Of a stretch of 64,000 nt of DNA, positions 30,193 to 40,845 are shown one piece after another. The position numbers and the translations under genes were made by a program. Origin of the DNA: an uncultured Chlamydiae bacterium (lineage in GTDB: Bacteria > Chlamydiota > Chlamydiia > Chlamydiales > Parachlamydiaceae); contig CAWHMU010000045.1 of the NCBI GenBank assembly GCA_963830365.1, forward strand, positions 1-64,000, written 5' to 3'. The notes under the pieces are model-generated. The model saw nothing but the letters and a program-made list of their open reading frames with translations. It did no database searches and was not told the DNA's origin. How positions within the stretch are numbered: the first letter of the stretch is position 1; every line of letters begins with the position of its first letter.

Positions 30193-33100
30193 ATGGATAT
30201 GAAATTCATCAGACAGACACTTGGCTTTCTCTTTTGCCTAACCATTTTTGCCGGCAGCCATCTCGAGGCTGTGCCCTTTGTCTGGTCTCCGCAAACTCCG
30301 CTTTCGGTGCCATGGATTGACTCCCCCTCTTTCATTCATAATGATCAGGTCCAGGCCAATGTAGCCACAGACGCCAGCGGCAATGCCGTGGCTGTCTGGA
30401 ATCGCTGGAATGGATCCAACTTTGTCATGCAGGGTGCCACCCTGGCCGCGGCCGCAGATCCCTCCACGGGATGGGTCCTGACTAATGATATTGGAATGTC
30501 CTCTCCTTATGCGAACCCATCAAATACATTTCTCGCATTAGACGCCGCCGGCAATGCCATTACCCTCTGGGTAGAGCAAATAGGGCCTACTTTCTATGTT
30601 AACAGCTCACTGCTGTCTTTTGGCTCTTCTACCTGGTTGACGACAAGCCCACTGGGGACGACGCGGGACACTAGTTCTGTGAATTATTCACCGTACTGCT
30701 TGGCGGTAAATCCTGCCGGCGCTGCCATTGCCATTTGGGAGAATGCGGCCGGCACCGCCATAGAGGCCGCTAGGTTGCCGGCTGCCACGACGACATGGCT
30801 GCCTGTCACCACCCCATTGGCCACGACAGTTTTTTTTGGTGGCGTCCGTCCTCTAGCCGTTACGCTCGACACAGTCGGCGATGCCGTCATGATATGGAAG
30901 ACGACGGCGGGCTTTAATGGAGCCGCCCTGTCTAGCGCTGCCTCGGCGTGGAGTATTAAAACATCCGCATTTTCCACCATTTACGATCAGGATCCTTTTT
31001 TGTTGGGGATAGATGCGTCAGGTGAAGCCCTTGCCGTATACTACAAACAGCAGCTAGGCTTACGTACACTGATGTCATCCCGTTTGCCGTATGGCGGAGC
31101 GGCATGGGGTCCCATATTATCCGTTTCAGGTCCCAACACGAACAACGTACCGCTGAGTCTGGCGGAAGATGCGAGTGGCCATGCGGTGACGATCATGCTT
31201 AGGTCCGGCGGGTTCGATCCCATCGTTGGAGCATCTTTAGCCGCCCCCCCTAATACGACATGGGTGGTTACCACGCCGGATGTGACCCTTTCAAGCCAAG
31301 ATTTTTTCGATTTCAAGGTTTCTATGGATGGCAGCGGCAATGCCTATTCTGCGTGTAATGTTTTTATTCCTTCCAGTAAACTTATCAATAGCGTGCTGCC
31401 GGTTGCCACGCCTACGGTATGGGAAGGTCCGACCGATATTTCACAGCCATCTATCAATTCACAACCACTCTTCCTTACACGTGCCGGAAATATAGCCGCC
31501 GGTGCCACCTCCGGCACTGCTCTCGCCACCTGGCTGTCATTCAACCAAACGACACAAGAAAAATATGTCATGGCATCGCGCGGCCATTACCTGACGACGC
31601 CGGTAATAACCGGTGTCAGCCCGAATTCCGGCTCGGTCGTCGGCGGCAATTCTGTCACGATTACAGGACATGATCTTTCCACCGCCTCGGCGGTGAAATT
31701 CGGCACGCTCGATGCTGCCAGCTATACATTAGTTTCCGATAACGAGATTGATGCCATCGCGCCAGAGAATTTTAATCCGGGAGTGGTCAATATCAGGGTG
31801 ACGACTTCTATCGCCACAACAGCTATTACTCCCGCTGATGAATACACCTATGTTGGCGTGCCGGTAGTATACTCTATCTCTCCGGCTTCCGGTCCCATAT
31901 TTGGCGGCACCGCAGTCTCCATTAATGGTGTGCTCTTCACAGGCGCCACAGGGGTTAGTTTCGGCGGAACGCCGGCAGCTTCCTTTACGGTCAACTCCGA
32001 CGACACCATCACCGCCATGTCCCCGGCGCATCTCACCGGCCTGGTCGATATCGTCGTTAGCAATACCAACGGCAGCTCGCCAATAGTTGCCGGGGACAAA
32101 TTTTACTTCGGCACGCCGACTGTGACTTCAATCAGTCCGACTGGTGGTCCGGACTTCGGTGGAAACACTGTCGATATTATCGGCACCGGCTTTAACTCGG
32201 CCACACAAGTCTATTTTGGCACTGATGTGGCCGACGGCTATAGTCTAAATTCGGACACTGAAATCTTTGCCTATCCGGCGGCGCATGCTGCGGGCACGGT
32301 CGATGTCCGAGTGGAAAACGACGCCGGCAAATCGCCAACGTCACCCGCTGATTTATACACTTTCAATACCACACCGAAAGTGACCGCTATCAGTCCGAAT
32401 AAAGGCAATACCGGCGGCGGCACCCTGGTCACTGTTACAGGCACAGGGTTTGCCAGTGTTTTCGATGTGCGATTTGACGGCAATAGCGTGCCATTTACGA
32501 TTGTTAATGACACCAAGCTGACCGCCACGGCACCTTTTCACGCTGCCGGCATGATCAATATCGTCGTCGAAAACTATAACGGATCATCGCAACTCACGCT
32601 TGCCAACCAATACACCTACCTGCCTCCGGTCGTGACAAGTATCAGTCCTGCCGGCGGTCCGGCCTCCGCATCTACCCTTGTAACTGTTACCGGCACGGGC
32701 TTTCTGGGCGCCTTGGGTGTCAATTTTGATGTAACCAGCGGTACAGCGCTACAGATCTTGAGCGACACCCAGCTTAAAATCCTGTCGCCGGCGCTTGCCG
32801 ACGGCACGGTCGATGTCACCGTCATCAATGCCGGCGCCACCTCGGCTACATCCAATGCCTCCAAATTCACTTTTGGCGTGCCGGTAATATCCGGCGCAAG
32901 CCCGCAGTCGGGTCCGACAACCGGCAATACCACCGTCACCATCACGGGATCGGGCTTTACGGGAGTGACGGGCGTAAAATTCGGCACATCGAATGCGGCC
33001 AGCTTTACGGTCAACTCTTCGACGACGATCACGGCAAAAACACCGGCGCATGCCGCCGGCACGGTCAATATCACGGTGAGCAATGCTGCCGGCACCTCGA

Positions 33101-36100
33101 CAACCTTTGCTCAATTTGTTTTCGGCACGGCGAAAGTCACAGCTGTCACGCCAGGTTCTGGGGCGCAAACCGGACCCTATGATATTGCGATTACCGGCCA
33201 GAGCTTTACCGGCGTGACCTATGCTTATTTTGGGGGTCTTAACAATTTCTTCCTCCCGTTTACGATAAACAGCGACACCTCCCTTACCATCCATGTACCG
33301 GTTGGTATTTTTCTAAGCGAGTATCATATCCAGTTGCAGAACAACGCCGGCCCTATTAATTCGCAGAGCAGTCTTTCACCGGCTACCGACGCCGATGTCT
33401 TCGTCTTTGATGTGCCGGGCGTATTTCCGGGTTTGACCACACCCGGCGCCGGCCCCACAGGTGGAGGCACGCTGGCAAGCTATGGGGGCAATCTTGCCAA
33501 TCTCACGAGCGTGCTTTTTGACGGCTCGCCAATCGCTTACACCAGCACCACAAACGTACCGCCAAATGGCGGACCCTCCACGACTACCGTTAAGATGACA
33601 ACGCCGCCGCATGCCGCCGGCTCAGTGGTCGTCACCTTCACCAATGCCCAAGGCTCGAGCCCGGGCATAAGCACCGCGTTTTTCACTTATGGCGCCCCGG
33701 TAATATCGAGTCTAAGTGCCGGTTTCGGCCCGCTTTCGGGCGGCAATCCGGTCACCATCACCGGCACAGGTCTAGGTAATGCGACGGCGGTAAGTTTCGG
33801 CGGCACCCTCGCCACCAGCTTTACCATCAATTCAGGCACTTCGATCACAGCCATCGCGCCGCCGCATGTGGTCGGCACGGTCGATATCAGGGTGACAAAT
33901 GCCGCCGGCACATCGGCCGTAGTGCCTGCCGACAAATACATCTACACCGGTGTTCCCGTGATCACCAATGTCAGCCCAAATAGCGGCACGACCGGTGGCG
34001 GCACAGTAGTTACGCTGACAGGCACGGGATTTTTATCCGCGACCAGCGCCACCTTCGGCGGCACGCCTGGCACTGGCATCCAAATAATCAACGACACCCA
34101 GATGAAAGTCACTTCGCCAGCAAAAACGGCTGGCACTTTCCATATCATCGTCACAAACGCGGCGGGTGCCTCAACGCCGGTAGCTGCCGACCAGTTTACT
34201 TTCCTGCCGCCGGCCGTAACCAAAGTTTCCTCGAATGCTGGCCCTACCGGCGGTGGCACCGTTGTGACCATCACCGGTACGGATTTTTTTAGGATCACCG
34301 GTCCGACGGGTGTCTTGTTCGGCGCCACTCCGGCTACAAGCTACACGGTAAACTCATCCACTTCGATCATAGCCACCTCGCCGTTCTCTGCAATTTCCAC
34401 AGCTGTTGATGTCAGGGTGCAAAATAGCGGCGCTATCTCTGCCATCACGGTGGCCGATGAATTTACCTATGGCTTTCCTGTACTCTCAGCCATCAGCCCA
34501 GGTGCCGGTTCGACTGGCGGCAGCACCGTGGTCACGCTGACAGGAAAAAATTTCAGCCTGGCCACGGATGTCACTTTCGATGGCATTCCGGCGTTAAGCT
34601 TCACTGTCAACAGCGACACAAAGATCACAGCCACCACCCCGGCGCATGCTGCTGGCACCATTGAAGTCGTTGTGACCAATTTGAATGGTTCTTCGACATC
34701 ATCTGCCGGTTCCAAATACACCTACGGCGTACCGGTAGTGACGCTGCTTACTCCCAATCTCGGTATCAACACCGGCGGCACTAGTGTTGCCATCAGTGGC
34801 TCGGGCTTTTATTATGCCACGGCAGTCAGCTTTGGCAGCACCCCGGCTGCAAGTTTTACCATCAACTCCGACTCATCGATCACTGCCACCGCGCCGCTGC
34901 ACACAGCCGGCATAGTCGATGTCAGAGTAACAAATGCCGCCGGCACATCGGCCATAGTCCTCGCCGATCAGTATACCTATCTCATCATCCCTAAAATCAC
35001 TGCTGTCACCCCAAATACCGGGCCGGCCGTGGGCGGTACGACAGTCACCATCACCGGATTAGGGCTGGCCAGCACGACAGCCGTCTTCTTTGGCGGTACC
35101 CCCGGCGTTATCAACACACATACCGGCGATACCCAGATCACGGCCACCTCGCCTGCGCATGTTGTGGGGGCTATCGACATCACGGTCAGCAATGCTGTCG
35201 GCACATCGCCGACTTCTGCCGCCGATATCTTTACCTATTATGGCTCGCCCACAATTACCAGCGTCACGCCTAATGCCGGACCCACCTTTGGGGGTACCTC
35301 AGTGACTATCAAGGGCACGAACCTTCTCTCTGTAACAATTGTGAACTTTGGCGGCTTTGCCGCAACAAGCTTTACAGCTAATTCCGACACAACGATTACA
35401 GCCATCGCCCCGGGGCAAGGCGCCGGCCTGGTAGATATCCAGGTTATTAATCCTAATGGCGCATCGTCCTTAACGCCAGCCGATCAATTCACCTACTTTT
35501 CTCCCCCGACGGTCACCAATGTCGTTCCTAGAGGCGGTTCCCAATTCGGCGGCACATCGGTCGCTATTACGGGTACGAACTTTACCTACGCTACGGCGGT
35601 AAAATTCGGCACAACAAACGCCACCAGCTTTACCATCAACTCAAACTCATCGATCACGGCTATCTCACCCCCAAATAGTCCTGCCACAGTCGATGTTACG
35701 GTGGTCAATGCCGCCGGCACATCGCCGACGTTTACTGCCGATCTGTACACTTTTGGGACCCCTGCCGTGACAAATGTCACACCGAATTTTGACGTTTACA
35801 CCGGCGGCGCCCCCATCACCATTTCGGGAGCCCGTTTCAGCAACGCCACGGCTGTCAGTTTTGGCGGCACGCCGGCTGCCGCCTTTAATGTCGTTAACGA
35901 TTCGACGATCTCAGCTACGGCACCGGCGCATGCCGTCGGTGTCTACGATGTCACAGTGGCCAATAATACCGGCACATCACCTGTGTCCAATGCTGACAAA
36001 TTCACCTTCAAAGGACCGTCTGAAATCACTTCTGTTACGCCGAACAAAGGTGGCACAGCCGGGGGGACGTCGGTCACCATCATCGGCGCCAACTTCGATG

Positions 36101-39100
36101 TTGTCACCAGTGTGTCATTTAATGCTACGCCTGTGACGAGCTTTACCATTAATTCGGCCACGAAGATTACGGCCATCATGCCTCCTGGTTCTGTCGGCAC
36201 GGGTCATGTCCGCTTGCAAAACAGCTATGGATATGTTTCAACGGACACTGTGGCCGACGAGTATACCTATGTCGATGTGGCTACCGTGACCAATGTCAGT
36301 CCTAATATCGGATTCCCCGCCGGCGGTACCTCCGTCACCGTCACCGGTACCAGCTTTACTTACGCGACAGCCGTCACTTTCGGCGGCAAGCCCGGCACCA
36401 ACCTGGTGGTGATCAATGACAACCAGCTGACAATCACCTCGCCGTCAAATCCCTTTGGCATCGTCGATATCAAGGTCGTCAATCCTGCCGGCACTTCGGC
36501 GGCTGTGCCTGCTGATCAATTCAGTTATGCTCTGCAGCCGGTGATCACATCTGTCAGCCCGATTGCCGGCACGATCAATGGCGGCACTTTGGTCACCGTC
36601 AACGGCAACTCCTTTAGCGGTGCCACGGGGGTTAACTTCGGCTCCACGCCCGGCACAGGGCTTACGGTGGTAAACGACAACCAGATAACGATCACCTCGC
36701 CGGTGCATGTGGCGGGTGCCGTCGATATCTTTGTCATCAATCCCGGTGGCTCATCGTTACCATCGGCCGGATCTCAATATATCTATGACGACGTACCGAC
36801 GGTAACTTCGGTCAGCCCCAGTGCCGGCTCTACCGGTGGCGGCAACACCGTTACTGTTACAGGAACGGGCCTGGCATCGGCCGCGGGTGTTGATTTCGGC
36901 GGCGGCGCCGGCACGAATATCGTCCGCATCAGCGACACCCAGCTGACTGTCAAAGCTCCGGCGCATAGCGCCGGCACAGTGCATGTCACGGTCACCAATA
37001 CGACCGGCACTTCTTCCGCGACGAATGCAGACAGATACACCTACGGCGCGCCGGTAGTAACCCTGGTTAGTCCTACAGCCGGCACGACAAGCGGTGGCAC
37101 CGCTGTCACTATTACAGGCACAGGTTTTGCCAATGCCACCTCCGTTAAATTCGGCACGACGGCTGCGAGCTTTACGGTCAATTCAGACCTGTCGATCACG
37201 GTCACCTCGCCGGCAGAAGGTGCTTTACCAAATACCGTCGACATCATCGTCGCCAATGCCGCCGGCAGCTCGGCTGTTACACCTGCCGACAAATTCACTT
37301 ATGGAGTCCCGGTGGTGAGTTCAGTTAGCCCGGATGCAGGCACGATCGCCGGCGGCACTTCTGTCACTATCAAAGGCAGCCGCTTTACCAATGCCACCGG
37401 CGTATTTTTTGGCGGCACTCCCGGTACGATTGTCACCAATACAGGCAATATCATCACAGCCCTTTCACCGGCCTCTGCTGCTGGCACCATCGATATCACC
37501 GTCGTCAATGCCGTCGGTACATCGGCGACTTCTGCCGCTGACACCTTTACCTTCGGGCCGCCGTCGATCTATTTCCTTTTCCCGGGAGCCGGTTCACCTT
37601 ATGGCAATACCTCTGTGAGCATTATCGGCTCAGGCCTTGGCAATGCCAGCTCAGTAAGCTTTGGCGGTGCTAACGGCACTATCGTCAGCCGATCAAATTC
37701 GTCTATTGAGGTCAAATCGCCGGCCCACGGCGCAGGCCTCGTCGATATCACGGTGACTAACGCTGCCGGCACATCGACCATAACCTCTGGCGACCAATAT
37801 GTGTTCGGCACGCCGGTGATATCCCTGGTCAGTCCGAACGCCGGCGACACGGCAGGCGGCAATGTTATCACTATCACGGGCAGCCGTCTGACAAATACTA
37901 TTGATATAACCTTTGGCGGCATATCGAGTTCCTTTACGGTCGATTCTGACACCCAGATCACTGCCACTGCGCCGGGCCATCTTCCGGGTACTGTCGACAT
38001 CATAGCGACTAATGATTTCGGCACATCGGCTATTACGGCTGCAGATAAATACACCTATGGCACGCCTGTCATAGCAAGTCTCAGTCCGGCTGCCGGAACG
38101 ACAGCTGGCGGCACCTATGTCACTATCACAGGTTCAGGCTTTACCAATGCCACAGCAGTAATCTTTGACAGCATACCGGCCACAATCGTCAGCAAAACAG
38201 AAACATCGATTTTCGCAATAGCCCCTGCGCATATTGCCGGCACGATCGATGTGCGCGTGCAGAATGCCGCCGGCTTTTCGGATTTAACCAATACCGATAA
38301 ATATACCTATGGCCCGCCGGTAGTGACGTTAGTCAGTCCTTCTAACGGCGGCAACACAGGCGGCACAATAGTTGCCGTGACAGGTTCAGGCTTTACCAAT
38401 GCCACAAAGGTATACTTCGGTAACGCCCTTGCCCATAATTTGTCGATAATTTCCGACACCTCGCTTAGCGTGATCTCTCCAAGTTATGCGCTGGGTACTG
38501 TCGATATTACCGTCCTCAATGCGGCGGGTGCTTCGGCCACATCTCCTGCCGATCAATTCACATATTATCCAAAGCCTGTAATCAACGGTATAAATCCTAA
38601 TGTCGGCGTCACGTTGGGCGGCACTGTTGTCACCATCACAGGGTCCGGATTTACCTCTGCCTACGATCTTCTCTTTGATACCACCATGGTGGCCTTTACG
38701 ATAAATTCAGACACTTCAATCACGGCCACAGCGCCGGCCCATGCCGCCGGCATGATAAATGTCGTGGTGGTAACTCTTGGCGGCGAATCACCGATTGGGC
38801 CAGGCAATGAATTTACCTATACGCCATTGCCTGAAATTACCAACGTGAGCCCAAATGCCGTCGCCTCCCCAGGCGTCACGGGCGTGAACATCACTGGTTC
38901 GAACTTTACCGGGGCTACTTCCGTCAAGTTCGGCACCGTCGAGGCCATCACCTTCCATGTCATCAATGACTCTGTCATTAATGCGCTATCGCCGTCCCAG
39001 TTTCCCGCTACCGTCGATATCAGGGTGCAAACGCCAGTCGGCACATCGCCAATCACAAGTGCCGACAAGTTCACTTATGGTCAGCCGTTAGTGTTCGGAG

Positions 39101-39336
39101 CAAGTCCGTCTAGCGGTCCCGCGGCAGGGGGAACCCCTGTCACCCTCACAGGTTCAGGGTTTGCTAACGCCACGGCCGTTAACTTCGGTGCCACCACGGT
39201 AGTGAGCTTCACGATTAATTCGGACAGCTCGATTACCGTGACTTCGCCTGCGCATGCCGCAGGTATCGTCAATATAACGGTAGCTAATGCTGCGGGTACT
39301 TCGCCGAATTTTGCTACGTATCAATATAACCCATGA
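30193..39336 (+). CDS. Giant exported protein: signal peptide, ~440-aa repeat (beta-propeller-like) head, 30 tandem IPT/TIG Ig-like domains
   Basis: Head repeats of type D.SGNA.A.W. I counted 30 units of ~85 aa with consensus P.VT.VSP..G...GGT.VTITG..F..AT.V.FG...F.VNSD..ITA..PAH.AG.VD..V.N..GTS.....D.FTY. Confidence 0.9.
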   Translation: MDMKFIRQTLGFLFCLTIFAGSHLEAVPFVWSPQTPLSVPWIDSPSFIHNDQVQANVATDASGNAVAVWNRWNGSNFVMQGATLAAAADPSTGWVLTNDIGMSSPYANPSNTFLALDAAGNAITLWVEQIGPTFYVNSSLLSFGSSTWLTTSPLGTTRDTSSVNYSPYCLAVNPAGAAIAIWENAAGTAIEAARLPAATTTWLPVTTPLATTVFFGGVRPLAVTLDTVGDAVMIWKTTAGFNGAALSSAASAWSIKTSAFSTIYDQDPFLLGIDASGEALAVYYKQQLGLRTLMSSRLPYGGAAWGPILSVSGPNTNNVPLSLAEDASGHAVTIMLRSGGFDPIVGASLAAPPNTTWVVTTPDVTLSSQDFFDFKVSMDGSGNAYSACNVFIPSSKLINSVLPVATPTVWEGPTDISQPSINSQPLFLTRAGNIAAGATSGTALATWLSFNQTTQEKYVMASRGHYLTTPVITGVSPNSGSVVGGNSVTITGHDLSTASAVKFGTLDAASYTLVSDNEIDAIAPENFNPGVVNIRVTTSIATTAITPADEYTYVGVPVVYSISPASGPIFGGTAVSINGVLFTGATGVSFGGTPAASFTVNSDDTITAMSPAHLTGLVDIVVSNTNGSSPIVAGDKFYFGTPTVTSISPTGGPDFGGNTVDIIGTGFNSATQVYFGTDVADGYSLNSDTEIFAYPAAHAAGTVDVRVENDAGKSPTSPADLYTFNTTPKVTAISPNKGNTGGGTLVTVTGTGFASVFDVRFDGNSVPFTIVNDTKLTATAPFHAAGMINIVVENYNGSSQLTLANQYTYLPPVVTSISPAGGPASASTLVTVTGTGFLGALGVNFDVTSGTALQILSDTQLKILSPALADGTVDVTVINAGATSATSNASKFTFGVPVISGASPQSGPTTGNTTVTITGSGFTGVTGVKFGTSNAASFTVNSSTTITAKTPAHAAGTVNITVSNAAGTSTTFAQFVFGTAKVTAVTPGSGAQTGPYDIAITGQSFTGVTYAYFGGLNNFFLPFTINSDTSLTIHVPVGIFLSEYHIQLQNNAGPINSQSSLSPATDADVFVFDVPGVFPGLTTPGAGPTGGGTLASYGGNLANLTSVLFDGSPIAYTSTTNVPPNGGPSTTTVKMTTPPHAAGSVVVTFTNAQGSSPGISTAFFTYGAPVISSLSAGFGPLSGGNPVTITGTGLGNATAVSFGGTLATSFTINSGTSITAIAPPHVVGTVDIRVTNAAGTSAVVPADKYIYTGVPVITNVSPNSGTTGGGTVVTLTGTGFLSATSATFGGTPGTGIQIINDTQMKVTSPAKTAGTFHIIVTNAAGASTPVAADQFTFLPPAVTKVSSNAGPTGGGTVVTITGTDFFRITGPTGVLFGATPATSYTVNSSTSIIATSPFSAISTAVDVRVQNSGAISAITVADEFTYGFPVLSAISPGAGSTGGSTVVTLTGKNFSLATDVTFDGIPALSFTVNSDTKITATTPAHAAGTIEVVVTNLNGSSTSSAGSKYTYGVPVVTLLTPNLGINTGGTSVAISGSGFYYATAVSFGSTPAASFTINSDSSITATAPLHTAGIVDVRVTNAAGTSAIVLADQYTYLIIPKITAVTPNTGPAVGGTTVTITGLGLASTTAVFFGGTPGVINTHTGDTQITATSPAHVVGAIDITVSNAVGTSPTSAADIFTYYGSPTITSVTPNAGPTFGGTSVTIKGTNLLSVTIVNFGGFAATSFTANSDTTITAIAPGQGAGLVDIQVINPNGASSLTPADQFTYFSPPTVTNVVPRGGSQFGGTSVAITGTNFTYATAVKFGTTNATSFTINSNSSITAISPPNSPATVDVTVVNAAGTSPTFTADLYTFGTPAVTNVTPNFDVYTGGAPITISGARFSNATAVSFGGTPAAAFNVVNDSTISATAPAHAVGVYDVTVANNTGTSPVSNADKFTFKGPSEITSVTPNKGGTAGGTSVTIIGANFDVVTSVSFNATPVTSFTINSATKITAIMPPGSVGTGHVRLQNSYGYVSTDTVADEYTYVDVATVTNVSPNIGFPAGGTSVTVTGTSFTYATAVTFGGKPGTNLVVINDNQLTITSPSNPFGIVDIKVVNPAGTSAAVPADQFSYALQPVITSVSPIAGTINGGTLVTVNGNSFSGATGVNFGSTPGTGLTVVNDNQITITSPVHVAGAVDIFVINPGGSSLPSAGSQYIYDDVPTVTSVSPSAGSTGGGNTVTVTGTGLASAAGVDFGGGAGTNIVRISDTQLTVKAPAHSAGTVHVTVTNTTGTSSATNADRYTYGAPVVTLVSPTAGTTSGGTAVTITGTGFANATSVKFGTTAASFTVNSDLSITVTSPAEGALPNTVDIIVANAAGSSAVTPADKFTYGVPVVSSVSPDAGTIAGGTSVTIKGSRFTNATGVFFGGTPGTIVTNTGNIITALSPASAAGTIDITVVNAVGTSATSAADTFTFGPPSIYFLFPGAGSPYGNTSVSIIGSGLGNASSVSFGGANGTIVSRSNSSIEVKSPAHGAGLVDITVTNAAGTSTITSGDQYVFGTPVISLVSPNAGDTAGGNVITITGSRLTNTIDITFGGISSSFTVDSDTQITATAPGHLPGTVDIIATNDFGTSAITAADKYTYGTPVIASLSPAAGTTAGGTYVTITGSGFTNATAVIFDSIPATIVSKTETSIFAIAPAHIAGTIDVRVQNAAGFSDLTNTDKYTYGPPVVTLVSPSNGGNTGGTIVAVTGSGFTNATKVYFGNALAHNLSIISDTSLSVISPSYALGTVDITVLNAAGASATSPADQFTYYPKPVINGINPNVGVTLGGTVVTITGSGFTSAYDLLFDTTMVAFTINSDTSITATAPAHAAGMINVVVVTLGGESPIGPGNEFTYTPLPEITNVSPNAVASPGVTGVNITGSNFTGATSVKFGTVEAITFHVINDSVINALSPSQFPATVDIRVQTPVGTSPITSADKFTYGQPLVFGASPSSGPAAGGTPVTLTGSGFANATAVNFGATTVVSFTINSDSSITVTSPAHAAGIVNITVANAAGTSPNFATYQYNP

Positions 39337-39355
39337 TCATCAGCAAACGGCTGAT

Positions 39356-39389
39356 TTAGGAAAGCGGACATTAGCCTCCGCTTTCCTAA
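39356..39389. terminator. Hairpin between the convergent IPT/TIG gene and hemG (probable terminator)
   Basis: TTAGGAAAGCGGA-loop-TCCGCTTTCCTAA. Confidence 0.6.
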
Positions 39390-39468
39390 GTGGTTGGCCA
39401 ATTTGTCCGCTCAGTGGCGCTTCTGTATATCCGAAAAGTCTTTTGTGTTTGCTGAAGATCAGCGCGGC

Positions 39469-40845
39469 TTAAGCTTGGGCGGCTGCCAAAGCTTCTGCGA
39501 TGCAGTCGTTGATGGAGACGCCGCGCCAGGCGCTGCCGATGAGTTTTAGGCGAGCATTAGACCAGCTTTGTAAAGCTATCTCAATGCCTTGCAAACGTGC
39601 GAGATGACCGACTTCATATTGGGGGATGGCCTGTATGGCGCGGGTGCATTGCACAGCGTCAGGCGGGGCTGAAATGGCGAGATGCCTGCGCAAGCCTTGA
39701 CGCACACGGCGGATCAACTCTGCTTCGGGCAATAGCACAAGTTCCGGATGATGGGTGCCGCCGAGCATGGCCGTCAGCCTTGTCTCTGGCGACGTCTTAT
39801 TTTGCTGGGGAAAGGCTGAAGAATCCCAGACGACGCCCAGCAAATCCTCTTTTTCTTTAGAGGGGATCAGATAGCCGAAGCCTTGCCGATTGAGGACATC
39901 ATTTTTCCAGGCCATATTGACGACAGCCACCGAGGCTGTCTTTCCCAGGGCCATTTCATCTGCCAGTGCGGCATGCGTCGGTCTGATGATCCCGGCGGCG
40001 GCTTGCGCCGGCACGGCCATGAAGACCTGGTCGGCCGTAAACTTTGTGTCATCGTCGGTGTAGATGTTGATGGCTGCCGGCTGGACATCAATCGTCTTAA
40101 CGCCGCAACCTAGTTTTAAATCGGGGGCAAGGTTGTTAGCCAGTATAGTGACAAGTGTCTGCATGCCATGGCGCAAGGTGAAGAGGGGCGATTTTTGGAT
40201 GCTTTGCACAAACGATGAGGTGGCGGCTTTGCCGTCCGGCTTCCACATGCTCATAAGGAAACCTTTGCCAAGCGAACCATGTTGCTGTTCCATGCAGTAG
40301 AGGGATGGAAAGCAGGCGCGCATCGACAAGCGATGCATGTTGCCGGCATAGATGCCTGATGTCAGTGGATCGATCAGCCGTTCGGCGATCTCATTAGAGA
40401 AGCGCCGGCCGATGAACCCGGCGATGCTTTCATCAGCGCCACCTTCGGCGGCAGGCCTCTGCCATTCCTTAAGCAGAGCTAGCGGCAGGCCGTGCATCAG
40501 GGGGGAGCGCAAAAAGGCCCACAGATTCCTTGGCAGGGGCTGCAAAGAGCCTTTGTCATAAATAAAGCGCTGTTGCGCGGCAGGGGCGGCGGTGATGACC
40601 TCATCAGCCAATCCCAAGGCTTCGATGAGCTGCAGGGTGGCACTGCCTGCGCCCCGCGAGCGGCAGCTGCGCGGTCCCTGCTCGAAGCAGAAGCTGCCGA
40701 CGGGCTGCGAGCTGATCCAGCCGCCGGCACGGGGGCTTTTTTCAAGGATGTTTAAATCAATACCATCTTTAAAGCGCTGCCTAAGCGCCCAGCCGAGCGC
40801 AAGGCCGCTGATGCCGGCGCCGATGATGACGATGCGGGGCCTCAT
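39469..40845 (-). CDS. hemG: Protoporphyrinogen/coproporphyrinogen oxidase (HemY-type)
   Basis: IIGAGISGL, FEQGPRS, PLTSGIYAG, GFGYLIP, AIPQYEVGH, GVSINDCI; overlaps the hemE stop. Confidence 0.93.
   Translation of the reverse strand: MRPRIVIIGAGISGLALGWALRQRFKDGIDLNILEKSPRAGGWISSQPVGSFCFEQGPRSCRSRGAGSATLQLIEALGLADEVITAAPAAQQRFIYDKGSLQPLPRNLWAFLRSPLMHGLPLALLKEWQRPAAEGGADESIAGFIGRRFSNEIAERLIDPLTSGIYAGNMHRLSMRACFPSLYCMEQQHGSLGKGFLMSMWKPDGKAATSSFVQSIQKSPLFTLRHGMQTLVTILANNLAPDLKLGCGVKTIDVQPAAINIYTDDDTKFTADQVFMAVPAQAAAGIIRPTHAALADEMALGKTASVAVVNMAWKNDVLNRQGFGYLIPSKEKEDLLGVVWDSSAFPQQNKTSPETRLTAMLGGTHHPELVLLPEAELIRRVRQGLRRHLAISAPPDAVQCTRAIQAIPQYEVGHLARLQGIEIALQSWSNARLKLIGSAWRGVSINDCIAEALAAAQA

Noticed and set aside
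30684..39272. Many 60-180 aa minus-strand ORFs with repeated motifs
   Set aside because: Antisense shadows of the repetitive IPT/TIG gene.
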